Shown here one piece after another: positions 39,016-50,772 of a stretch of 64,000 nt of DNA. The stretch is from NCBI RefSeq assembly GCF_902713615.1, contig NC_052147.1, forward strand, positions 125,060,435 to 125,124,434. The letters run 5' to 3'. How positions within the stretch are numbered: the first letter of the stretch is position 1; each line of letters begins with the position of its first letter. The DNA comes from Scyliorhinus canicula. Taxonomy: Eukaryota. The notes beneath the pieces were generated by a model. It saw only the letters and a program-made list of their open reading frames with translations. It was not told the DNA's origin and did no database searches. A program made the translations under genes and the position numbers.

Positions 39016-39526
39016 AATTTGATCCAGATTTTGCTGAAAAAAGATAATGCTGTCTGTTATGTATTTAAGTAAACCATTCCTGATCACAGTAAGAAGTCTT
39101 ACAACACCAGGTCAATATTCCTACTGATGGAACATCACGTGATCTGTAGTGATGTCAGCAGAGTGTTTGCGGGGCTTTCAGTTCTCCATCTTGATATTAT
39201 ATGAGCAACATCTCCTGAACAAACCTGTCTGAATAAAATGTTTGGAAGAAAACCAAGTGCTGGCATCTCCATACTTTTTCTCTTTGGGGCACATTGAGAA
39301 TATAACACTGACTGGTGCGCACTGGTCAGCAACTCGAAAAGGATGAGATAGCCGCTGAATTGCAAACCGCCACAGTTACTGGCCAATTTGCACCATGACA
39401 ATAGCATCTCAGTGCTTAACCACCCTGTGTCATGAAATTGCTACATTTGTCCATCAAATCTTCCACAGATATTCCAAAAACAATAGGGCAAGTACCCTTT
39501 CAATGATGTGATAAACATTATGATGG

Positions 39527-39755
39527 GGGGGCAACACGGTGGCGCAGTGGTGAGCATTGCTGCTTCACGGCGCCGAGGTCCCAGGTTCGATCCCGGCTCT
39601 GTGACACTGTCCGTGTGGAGTTTGCACATTCTCCCCGTGTTTGCGTGGGTTTCACCCCCACAACCCAAAGATGTGCAGGGTACGTGGATTGGCCACATTA
39701 AATTGCCCCTTAATTGGAAAAAATGAATTGGGTTCTTTAAATTTATTTTAGAAAA
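39527..39755 (+). mobile_element. HE1/V-SINE-like SINE
   Basis: tRNA head; TSD TAAA(CA/TG)TTATGATG. Confidence 0.9.
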
Positions 39756-41423
39756 TAAATGTTATGATGAGATAAAATAGCTACCTTTTGCAGAAAATAA
39801 ACAATTATAAGCGTGAGTGGTCGAAGGACATTTTAAAAATGGTAATTTAAAAAATTTATATTAAATTCTTTTCTTTCCTTTTGGCTTTTTTCTTCCGCCT
39901 TCGTGCAAAATTTCTTTCCCAGATTGGATATTGAATTCACCCATTCTGATTCCCACATCTACTCAGTCCTTTCCCTTTCTCAATTCCTTAACCCAGTTGG
40001 TTAAGTGTTCCACTTTTTGTCTTTTTATTCACTAAGTTCTCAGTTGCCCTTTTCTCACTGTACTGTTCACAAATCACTCTTCCTTGCGGCCTACTTTGGT
40101 CAGCCTAAATGTGTAATTGTGGATCTATTTAATGGGACAGGCTGCAAGATACCACACTCCAGGAGAAAAGAATTAGCCTATAGTATTTCACAGCACATGG
40201 GGACTTGATCCCTGACTCCCTGCACGATGGCACCTTGACAAATTCATACTGTAGCACTACAGCAATGGTCAGTGACTGGTGGCCAGCCTTGTTTTCTCAA
40301 ATCAGAGCCAACCCTCTTTTATTAAAATCATCCATCACATGAGTAGGGGAAAAAAAATCAAATGTAGGAAGTGATAAAAATAACTTGAACTAATTACGGC
40401 ATTATAATTAGGCTAATACTTTCCTTTTTCTGTGAAGTAGATCAAACGTATTATGTAGCACTCCGAAGGGATTTAAAATTGAATACAATAATGTTTTCAG
40501 CCTTTAAGTATATTTACTCCTATTAAAACAACATGTTAAAATTACATTAATGGATTTCTAATTAGTTCTGTCAAGGCTGCAGTAATTTCATTTTTGTTTC
40601 CTAGAATCTCACCTGTTTAAATGAACATACCGTGGTAGTGTTTCTGATGTCCCGATGCAAACATAATTAGGATTGAACTACTTTCTGCAGTTTTCTTGAT
40701 CAACCTGACAAGAAGACAATGTTTGTGCTGCTGGTGCAATGGGACGTGTGTATGAAATAAAGATACAGTTTAGAATAATTCAAATGTGTTGTCTCCCACA
40801 GCATGCCAACACCACCCGGTGCCAAACAGCTATTACAAGTTTCACCTTTGACCTCAGCTATTTACTGTTTTTAACTAATGACTGTGTGATGGTATGTTAT
40901 AGTGAAGGTGAATCGAAAGGCATATTACCACTTTTGCTTGGACAATACAGTTCTATTCCATTCTATTGCTATTGCAACCGGCAACAGAAGTCGGCCATCT
41001 TCAGACACCTTTGGAGCCCTTGAACAGGTGAATGCAAGATACAAAAAAAGGAAATGGATTAATATATTTCAACTTCCCACAGCTACACAAGTGACACACA
41101 CTGCACATTACTTTATGATGAGATTTATGTCGACCCCCGCTCAGCATTTATGATGCATCAGTTTTTCACAGCATCATGGAGATGTCCAAATGCTAGGTGC
41201 AACTGATACTTCCAATTTAGATGATAAGATATTTCTTTTATGCACCTCAGTATGTTGTTTTCACTTGCCGGTGTAAATAATAGCAACTTGCTGAAAAATG
41301 TTTTTTTTTTGCAGAAGCAGTATTTAAAGCTTAGATATGGGTGCTTATTATCCATTAAATTAGACTTTGCAAAATAAAATAAAATTCTGAATTACAATTA
41401 AAAAACTTCTGTACAGCCCAATA

Positions 41424-42268
41424 TGCGGCACAGTGGCACAGTGGTTAGCACTGCTGTCCCACAGGTCCCGGGTTCGATTCCAGCCTTGGGTGACTGTCTA
41501 TGTGGAGTTTGCACATTCTCCCCGTGTCTGCGTGGGTTTCCTCGAGTGCTCCAGTTTCCTCCCACAGTCAAAAGATGAGGGGCGCGATTCTCCGCTCCCA
41601 CGCCGGGTGGGAGAATCGCGGGAGGGCCGCTCTGGCACCCCCCGCGATTCTCCCACCCCCCCCCCCAAAATGGCATATCGCGTTTTGCGATACGCCGCTC
41701 AGAGAATCGCGTTTTTCATGGCGGCCCACGATTCTCCGACCCGGATGGTCCGAGCGGCCTGCCGTTCACTGCCTACCGATCATCGGGCCGGCGTCTCAAT
41801 GGGACACACTCTTTCCCCTCCGCTGCCCCGCAAGATCAAGCCGCCACGTCTTGCGGGGCAGCGGAGGGGAAGACGGCAGCCGCGCATGGGCGGATTGGAG
41901 CTGGCCAACCCGCGCATGCGCGGCTGAGGTCATTAGGCGTGTTGGCCGCGTCATTCTTGGTGCGCCAAGATTCATGGCACGGCCCTCCTAGCCCCCCGGC
42001 GGGGGGAGAATAGGGGGCCAGGAGCGGCCTCCGACGCCATCGTGAACCTCTCTGGGTTTCACGACGGCGTCGGGCCTGGTGGCGAATTCCGACCGTGCAA
42101 TTTAGGTGGATTGGCCTTGCTAAATTGCCTCTTAGTGTCCAAGATGCACCAGGTGGGGTTACGGGGTTAAAGGGATGGGGAATGGGCCTAGGTGGGGTCT
42201 GCTTTCAGCAGGTAGGTGCAGACGCGATGGGCTGAATACCTTCCTTCTGCACTGTAGGGATTCTATGA
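41424..42268 (+). mobile_element. HE1/V-SINE-like SINE interrupted by a MITE
   Basis: Head at 41424-41579; body resumes at 42095 as GTGCAATTTAGGTGGATTGGCC. Confidence 0.88.
41580..42094. mobile_element. GC-rich Harbinger-type MITE, same family as 4809-5489
   Basis: GGGCGCGATTCTCCG ... GCGAATTCCGACC; TSD GAG/GTG at the SINE GATGTGCA site. Confidence 0.85.
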
Positions 42269-43271
42269 AATAATAAAGAGCAATTAGAATGTTGACTGGA
42301 AGGGCAACTCAAACAAGTAGTAATTGGATGACATTCCTGAGTCAATTGGCAGAGGGTTTAAAAGGGAGGCAGGCAGCGAGAGTGTAGAAAAACAGGTGAA
42401 TGGGGAAGAAAAATATTAAATGTTGAGAGCTGCTGGCTTGATGCATCAGGTTGCAAAGTCAGAGGCAGAAGAAAGGCTATGGCATAAAAAGAGATGATTC
42501 TGCTGCAAAATACTGATGTGAGAGCATATCCAAACACAAGCTTAGCAATGTAATTAGTTCCAAGGAAAAGCAAATGTAAATCAATAGCCCTCTGAGCAAT
42601 GCTTTGAAATTTTTGAAAATATATAATCATTAGGGTTATGCAACTTGACAGCAATTGACAACAGGTTTGATCAGCACTGCATCACAGAATTGTTATGGCA
42701 CAGAAGGAGGCCCATCGAATCTGCACTGGCTCTCCAAGTGAGCATCATGACTTTGTGCCATTCCCCTGCCGTTTCCCCATTCCCCTGCACATTGTTTCTA
42801 TTCAAGTAATCATCTAATACCCTCTTGAATGCCTCAATTGACGCTGCTTCCACCTCACTTCCAGCCAGTGCATTCCAGTCTCCAACCACTCGCTGTATGA
42901 GAAAGTTTCTCTCATATCGCATTTGCAAAACTCTTTAATATCTGTGCTGTCTTGTTCTTCATCCTTTTACAAACAGGAACAGTTTCTCCCGATATACTCT
43001 GCGCAGCTCCCTCATGATTTTGAACATCTCTATCAAATCTCCTCTCAGCCTTCTTCTCTCCAAAGAGAACAGTCCCAACCAATATATCCTCATTACTGAA
43101 GTTTCTCCTCCTTGGCACCATTCTTGTAAACTCTTCTGCACTCTCATCAATGTGTGTGGCAGACAGAACTATCCACAATGTTCCAAATGAGGTCCAACCA
43201 GTGAGTTGTATAAGTTCAGCTCTAGTACTCTATACCCCTATTAATAAAGCTCAGAATCCTATATGCTTTAT

Positions 43272-43500
43272 TGATGCACGATCAATTGCACGAAAGACTC
43301 AGATTGGTACAACTGTGGCTTTATTACAGTCAGATGCGTGGCCTCCTACTGCAGCTGGTGAAATGGCTGATCAGGAGGAGGTCATGCCTATTTATATGGC
43401 TCCTTGTGGGCGGTGCTAGCCGGCAGGGGCTACTGGTGAACCTGTAGTGCAGGTCGGACCTTACATCCCCTAATACAGGTGCACACAGTGGATCACCACA
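43272..43500 (-). repeat. Solo LTR of the gypsy lineage (229 bp)
   Basis: Sense TGTGGTG...GTGCATCA; 5-bp TSD TTTAT; TATAAA and AATAAAGCC present. Confidence 0.92.
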
Positions 43501-43601
43501 TTTATTAACTGCTTTCTCCATCTGTCTTGTCACCTTCAATGATACATGTACATATACACCCAAGTCTCTCGGCCCCTGCATCCCTGAAGAATTTTACCCC
43601 T

Positions 43602-43894
43602 TGTGGTGAATGTAATATATGAATGTACTAATTCACACTGTTATTGTAAGCGCAGTAGCGCCATCCTACCACTAGGGGGAGTAGCGCTGGGAGCACTTAG
43701 GAACTTGTACTGGGCTCCACCCTTGGTTCCACCCACGACTCCTCCCCCTAGTGCAGCTGTATAAGTATCCGTGTCCAGAGTCAGCCTGGGTCACTACGAG
43801 TTCATCGACAGGTAACAGGCTGGTTCTGAAGTAAGTCAATTAAAGCCTAGATTCACATCGGAAACACATGTCTGGTGAATTGATGGTTCCATCA
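43602..43894 (+). repeat. Solo LTR of the gypsy lineage (293 bp)
   Basis: TGTGGTG...AATTGATGGTTCCATCA; 5-bp TSD CCCCT; TATAA at ~43760; ATTAAAGCC at ~43839. Confidence 0.92.
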
Positions 43895-45024
43895 CCCCTT
43901 ATCTTATATTTTCCTCCCACCAAAATGCATCACATCACTTCTCTATATTGAACTTCATCTACCACCGACCTGCCCACCCCACCAACCTATCTATATACTT
44001 TTGTAATCCTGTCCTCTTCACAGTTTACAATACTTCCAATTTTTGTGTCATCTGCAAACTTTGAAATTGTTCCCTGTGCTATAAGATCTAGATCACTAAT
44101 TATACATAATGAAAAGCTAATGATCTCAAAATTAAACCACCACAAAACTTCCTCCAGCTTGAAAAATATCCATTGACCATTACCCTCTGCTTCCTTTTGT
44201 TCAGCCAATTAGGTATCCACATTGCTATTGTCCCTTTTATTCCCTGAGCTATCATGTTTCTCACAAGTCTGTTGTGTGGCACTGTATCCAATGCCTTCTG
44301 AAGTCCATGTACACCACATCAACAGCATTACCTTCATCGACCCTTTCTATTACCTCCTCAAACAACTCCAGGAAGTTAGTTAAACACAATTTCCCCTTCA
44401 GAAAACCATGCTGCCTCTTCCTAATCAACTGACATATAACTACTGATTCTGTCCTGAATACTTTTTCTAGAAGTTAGCACATCACTGATGTTAAATTTAC
44501 TGGTCTGTAATTGCTGGGACTATCCTGACAATTTTTTTGAACAAGGGAATATATTCTTGTGTGGAGGGTAAAGTGTCGGGGGAATGACGGGGGGTTGGTG
44601 TGAGGATGGGGGAGGAGCGGGATGGGAGGGGGACATGTGGGGGCAGGTACTGCAATGCAGGATGGGAGAATCCTGTAGCCCATTGGACCTGGTTGGGCAT
44701 GGGGGTATGCACCATGCTAACACGTCTGCTTGGAGACAATGGATTTCGGGATCCAACCAGAAATGGTTGCCATCTGCCTTACCGGTGTGGCCCCGAGGGA
44801 TGCACTGAGGTGTACAAGCAGAGACTGCTTGGGGAGGCCCTGTAGCAGCGGAGCTTGCCCCAGAAGAACAGGAGCCAGCCAATGAGGATGGATAAACGGT
44901 CACCCAACGGGAAGGAGGCTCCACATCACATCTCATGTGCACCAGCATCGCCTGTTATTCAAGGACCTGCTGGAGCAGGCATGCCGTCGAAGACTCCGCC
45001 GAGCAGGAGGACCGTACAACATAT

Positions 45025-45210
45025 TATTTTAATTTTTCCAATTAAGGAGCAATTTAGCATGACCAATACAGCTACCCTGGACATATTTTAAGGTTGGGGG
45101 GGTGATATGCATGCAGACAGGGGGAGAATGTGAAAACTCCACTAGAACAGTGACTGGGGCCCAGGATCCTCATTGCCGTGAAGCAGCAGTATAAACACTG
45201 CGCCAACGTT
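45025..45210 (-). mobile_element. HE1/V-SINE-like SINE, decayed
   Basis: TTTTCCAATTAAGGAGCAATTTAGCATG...CACTGCGCCA. Confidence 0.75.
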
Positions 45211-45229
45211 TCACCCCTGTATGACATAG

Positions 45230-46100
45230 CTGATGGATCATGGCGCACCTGAAACTGCGAGCGTATAGGGGAACACACCCGCCCCCAGTAGCCTTCAAGG
45301 TGACAGTCGCACTGAACATCTTCGCCACAGGGTCCTTCTGGGTGGCGAGTATTGACCTGTCTGGAATCTTCAGAGTTCAGTGCACAGGTGCATCCACGCT
45401 ATCATATGCCCGTTCACCACAATATATCAAATTCAGTGTGAAACGACCCAGGATGCTCGGGAAGTGGAGTTTGCCGCCATCACTGGGATGCCGCAGGTCA
45501 GGGGGGATCGACAACACGCATGTTCCCTTACAGCATGCATGAGGGGGTGGTCTTCATAAACTGAAAAGGATTCCACTCGAACATGCAGCTGGTGTGTGAC
45601 CAAGAGATGCACATCATGCACGTCTGCGCCCGATACCTGGGCAGTGAGCACGATATCTTCATCCTAGCACACTCGACGGAACTCAGCACCTTCGAGGTGC
45701 GCCCCCGGATGAGGGGTTGGCTCCTGGGTGTGAGGGGTTATCACTGTGGTCATGGCTGATGACACCTATCGGAGGCCACATTCCCACGCGGAGACCCGCT
45801 ACAACAACGACCATACCGTGAACAGGGACGTGACAAGTGTTTCATCATCCAAGATGCAGTTAAGGTGCCTGGACCGCTCTGGAGGGGCCCTCCAGTATAA
45901 CGCTAGGAGAGTCCCACATCGTATTGATCTACTGCGTCCGCCACAACGTTGTGCAGCAGAAAGCTGATGTGTTGGAAGAGGGAGATGGACGGCAGGTCTT
46001 GCCGACAAGGAAGAATCGTGGGAGGGCAAGGTTGGGCAGGGCATTGCACCCAGAAGGCCCCACAATGTGCGCGCTAGGGCTACCAAGCTTTAATGGCCTC
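45230..46100 (+). pseudogene. PIF/Harbinger (HARBI1-like, DDE_Tnp_4) transposase remnant
   Basis: Across frames: KVTVALNIFATGSF; GGIDNTHVPL; FIN*KGFHSNMQLVCD; CARYLGSEHD; GWLLGVRGY; AETRYN; RCLDRSGGALQY; HNV. Confidence 0.88.
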
Positions 46101-46714
46101 CAGGTTCGCTGATCACCCCTCCCATGGCAACCCTCCCTGCACCAACCCACCCTACCGCACATGCAAACCCCCTCTGTGATTCTTACCTGCTGCACTGTGG
46201 GGTGCGGGCCCTGGGTTGACAATAACAGCGGGTCTGGTCCATGGGATGGAGGATGTTGGCAACCCACTCTGCGATGTGCTCCAGTGCTCCGCATCATTTG
46301 ACACATCTGACTCCTGCCCATGGTAGTACTTTGCACCGTCCACCTGGGATCTCCCTCCATGCGAGCTGGCCATTCCATCACACAATCTCACCGAGCCCTT
46401 GAGGTGGCAGAGGTAGGGATGGGGTGCTGGGGGGTGGGGGGGGGGGGGGATGGAGAGGGATGAGTGTGGGGCCAGGTATCGGGATGGTGCGTGGTTGCAT
46501 CTCTGGGGGCACTAGCCTGTGCTCACCTGCAACCTCCGCACTTTACCCCCCACCAACGCTCCAACTGCAGCCAGCCTAACCCCATCCCTCAGTCCCTTCT
46601 GACAGGGCACGCAGGCAGATTGAAACGTTTGTGAACAGGTGTTTATTGTGACCAGGTGAACATGTATCTGCAGGTTTTTGCACTATCCTGTGTGCTGAAT
46701 CTGTGCCAACTTTA

Positions 46715-46942
46715 AAAAAAAATGTTTTTTTGAGAGTACGCAATTCATCTTTTCCAACTAAGGGGGAATTTAGTGTGGCCAATCCATCTACCCTGCACAT
46801 CTTTGGGTTGCGGGGGCGAAACCCACGCAAACACAGGGAGAATGTACAAACTCCTCACAGACAGTGACCCAGAGCCAGAATCGGACCTGGGACCTCGGCG
46901 CCGTGAGGCAGGAGTGCTAACCATAGCGCCACCATGCTGCCC
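46715..46942 (-). mobile_element. HE1/V-SINE-like SINE
   Basis: Reverse-complement head ending GCGCCACCATGCTGCCC. Confidence 0.88.
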
Positions 46943-47109
46943 TCTACCTGTGCCACCCTAACTGGTGTCTAACTTTCTGGCCTTACAGGCCTTAACACTA
47001 CGTCTAGGTGGATCCCCAGGCAGTACATCAGGAGTGGAGGCGGCCTGCTGGGATTCCCACCTTGTGACCTGGGTCCTCTTTGGCGGCTGTCCTCTGGAGC
47101 GATCATTCA

Positions 47110-47900
47110 TTTCACACGCTTGAGTGATTGCAATGCACTTAGTGATTTGAATGCACTTACTTCTCTTTGATTTGGTTGGTGTTTGGAAACATTGAGTTTC
47201 AGCACCTAGAGTTGCTCACCCATGAATGGAAATGAATGAATCAAGACTGCAGATGTTTTGTGGAAGTAGTCAATCATAGCCCACTACTAGAAATGGACAC
47301 TATTGTGACTCCCTATCTGGACTGCTCTCCACTTTCCAGACAGGGCCCTTTTTTCTCGAGGGTCTATGGGGGGGGTGCCTCTATTTAAAGGGTCCTTGTG
47401 GGAGGTCCATTTAGTTATGGGGGTCCCGGGGGGGGGGGGGGGGGGGGGGGGGTTCCTTAAGAGGGACCCTGGGGTATTCCTATTAAGGGAGTCCCTTGGG
47501 GAAGTCTCCCTACTAAGGGGGACTGTGGAGGATCTCCCAATTCAGAGGGAATTCCCTAGTAATAGAGTCCCTGTGAGGAGGCTTGCCTATTAAGAGGGTT
47601 TCTGTGGGGTGTCTTCCTAGTTAGGGAGTCCCGGGAAGGGGGGGTTCAGGTCACCTCCATACTTGGGTGAAGGGGGGCACCCATAAAATTAGGTGGTGGG
47701 GTTGCTTGGCGATGTGGGGTGTTTTACAGTGCGGTGGGGGCTGGCCAGCCACGGTGTTTCACTATCGGGCCACTCGCTCAAAATGACAGCCGGATAAAAA
47801 GATTCCCTCGGGAATCCCTCCTGAATATATGCATGGCGAGGCTTACTGAATTGCTTCCCGATTTGTGCTCTCAAGTGGAATGTAGATCAGCAGCAGGTTT
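47110..47900. mobile_element. Harbinger-derived subterminal region related to 17935-20017
   Basis: Shares TGCACTTA..TCTCTTTGAT..CCACTACTAGAAA..TCTGGACTG(C/T)TCTC and the G-rich array. Confidence 0.55.
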
Positions 47901-47938
47901 CCTCCTGAAAAAGGCCAGATCAGCCTATGGTCCTCGGG

Positions 47939-48432
47939 ACTATGGCAACTTTCATTTCAGTATAATAAACAATGGATTGGTGGTTGCTTAATGCAAGGTA
48001 TTGGCTATTCCATGAATTATGTGTGTGGAGTCGAATGTTTACTTATTTGCCCAATTGCAGAGTGTTCCAAATCAACTGATCAAACATGCCAGTCTTCCAA
48101 AAGGAGAATCTCGCTCAATGTCAGGAACTTTGGGTGTGCAGCTGGAGCCGTGCCCAATGGTGCCCATTTTCAGATTCAGATTCCCTGGTGCTGCAGCTGA
48201 GGATGAGGGCAGATGTACTAGCCTTCGCCTCGATAATAGCCCAGAGGCGGGTTCTGCTTGAATGGAGGATCCCGGTGCCCCCTCAGGCCTCGGCATGGCT
48301 GGGTGACCTGATGGAATTTCTGCACCTGGAGAAGACCTAGTATACCATGAGAGGATCAGTGGAAGGGTTCAACTAGAGGAGGCAGCTTTTCATCTCCCTT
48401 TTCAGGGAGTTGGATACTGTCAGCTACTGCGG

Positions 48433-48470
<38 letters not shown>

Positions 48471-48824
48471 GGGGGGTTCTTTTTGTATTTTGTTTAAAGA
48501 TTGGCTCTTTTTTCTCTCATAGGGTGTGTGGGGGAGGGGAGAGGGGGTTTGGGATTTGGGGCCGTTGTTGTATTGTTGTTTGTGTATAATGAAACATTTT
48601 CATTGTGTATAATGAATAAAAATATTTTTTTAAACTGCTGAAATCAAAGATTTCCAAGGCCATCCTGGCACATTTGATCAGTTGATTTAGAACACTCTGC
48701 ACTGGACAAACAAGTAAACACATTCCATTCGACTCCACACACATAATTCATGGAATAGCCAATATCTTGCATTAAGCAGCCACCAATCCCTTGTTGATTA
48801 CACTGAAATGAAAGTTGCCATAGT
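47939..48824. repeat. Inverted repeat, arms ~155 bp (47939-48092 and 48665-48824)
   Basis: Arms are reverse complements with roughly a dozen substitutions and a 7-bp indel (hand alignment). Confidence 0.92.
48200..48632 (+). mobile_element. L1 3' fragment
   Basis: LAFASIIAQRRVLLEW...AWLGDLMEFLHLEK (ORF2 C-terminus), G-tract 3' UTR, AATAAAA. Confidence 0.8.
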
Positions 48825-48955
48825 TTTGAGAGAGAGGTGATGGGTGGTGATTTAACCTGAGGGTCACCACACCTCAGACAAGAGGCAAGGTTGAGAAGGC
48901 GGAGCCTTCATAAATAACCTCAGTCGGTACGCGAATTGAACCCGCGCTGTTGGCG
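48825..48955 (-). mobile_element. tRNA-derived SINE fragment
   Basis: Minus-strand B-box GGGTTCAATTCG at ~48932-48943. Confidence 0.55.
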
Positions 48956-50440
48956 TGACATGTCATGGCAAACATCAGGAGCGGATGGCCCAAGATTTGA
49001 CCACAGAGCCTTGAGCTACTTGACAATACAGAAGAAAACAAACCTGAGCTCATGCCAAGCACCTACTGTTTGCGCAGATGTGATTACCATAATTTATTGT
49101 GTTTTGTATGAACATAATTTGAGGAATCATGCAACATATCTTCAAACAGCATCATTGCTGTAATTTTAACCTATTACAATAATATCAAACAGACTGCCCA
49201 ATTTTCTCTTTTATTAAAGTCAGTCAGTCAAATCCAATAATGCCATTTTACACTATTATCAGAAGTTGAAATTCTCTTTTTTTTTTAGAGATAATGGAGT
49301 TTATCGGATTATTACAAAGTTAAAATCATCGTTGTACAGAAGTCAAAGAAATGTGCGTTAATTTCAGCAGCAATTAAAAATTCTACCCTCAGGCTTGGGC
49401 ACTGGTTACTTTGTGAATATTGCTGTAATTGCATTGCAGAATTGGCTCAGCAGATGGTTTCTTCAAATCGTACACTGAACTTCAATCACTCCTCCACACA
49501 GCTGACATTACTTTAATGTGTAAAGCAACATGGCCCACGGTCCTTCATACCCAACAGATAATAAACGATTGATAACCTTTTCCAAAACAGGACAGTTCAC
49601 ATTTACGGCTAGAAATAGATCAGAAAATAAGCTTCGCTCCAATGTAGTTATTGGGTTCGGCAGGGGGAGAGGACACTCAAAAGATTAGGCATATCAGACT
49701 TCCCTTCACTCGAATTTAACACTAACTGAAGCTGGTGAATGATAAGGGGCTAAAATTAGGCAGCACCTGTTTTTGGGCATGGGGTAATGATTTGGGATCT
49801 GTGCTGGTCGCGTTGAGGCAGGCAGTATGCTCGCCTGCAGCTCTTATATGGGGCCTCTTGCTTGCAATATAGCATCCTTGCAAACTGCTCACAATGGGGC
49901 AAAGTGAGAGGCAGGCAGCACAAACTGATCCGGTCAGTTTGGGGATTGAACACACAAACATTCGAACATTGGCCCCTTGAGCCTGTTCCCCAATTAATAA
50001 GATTATTTTTTATCTGATAATAACCTCAAATCTGCATCTCCCTGATAACCTTTAACCCACTTGTTTACCAAGATTCCATCTAGCTTTGCTTTAAAAATCT
50101 TCAAAGATTCTGCTTCCACCACCTTACCAGGAACAGAGTTCCAAAGACTCACGACCCTCTGATTTTGCCTCATCTCCATTTTAAATAGGCAACCCCTTAT
50201 TTTTAAACAGTGACCCCTAGATAAAGATCCTTCCACAAGAGGGAACATCCTCGCCACATCCACCCTGTCAATAGCCCTCAGGATCTGAAACGTTTTGATC
50301 AAGCTGTCTAATGCTTTTCTAAACTCCAGTGGATACAAACCTAAAATGTCCAGCCTATGCTCATAAAACAACTGCCCGTTTCTGGCATTATTCGCGTCTC
50401 ACAACTGCTTCCAACAGGTTTATATACTTCTTTAAATAAG

Positions 50441-50655
50441 GGCCGGAATTCCTCGGCCATTCACTGGCGACGGGATCCTCGAGTCCCGCTGGCAGTGCAC
50501 CCACGCCCATGGGTATCCTGGCAGCTTGGGGGGGGGGGGGTTCAATAGAAATTCCCATTGAGAGTAGCGGGAGCAGAGAATACCACTACCAGCTAATGGC
50601 GTGCCGTCTCCCACCGAGGAGAAACACGCAGCTAAGATGCCAGACAATCCTGCCC
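50441..50655. mobile_element. Short Harbinger-type MITE
   Basis: GGCCGGAATT...AATCCTGCCC; TSD AAG, inside CR1. Confidence 0.78.
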
Positions 50656-50772
50656 AAGGTGACCAATAATGTACACAATGCTCTAGGTGTGGTCTCACCA
50701 ACGTCCTGTATAGCTTAAGCACAACCTCCCTACTTTTGTATTCAATTCTCCTCACAATAAACAATAACATTC

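Larger units (their letters stand above)
42680..44558 (-). mobile_element. Decayed CR1 LINE carrying two solo LTRs
   Basis: NYRPVNLTSV; DTVPHNRL; ISKFADDTKIG; LGLFSLERRRLRGDLIE; QRVVGDWNAL. Confidence 0.88.

Noticed and set aside
39087-39112. MER6-like terminus CAGTAAGAAGTCTTACAACACCAGG
   Set aside because: Only ~25 bp, with no matching second end found.
45230-46100. Domesticated HARBI1 gene
   Set aside because: Many frameshifts and stops, and the DxGY aspartate is lost; this is a decayed transposon.
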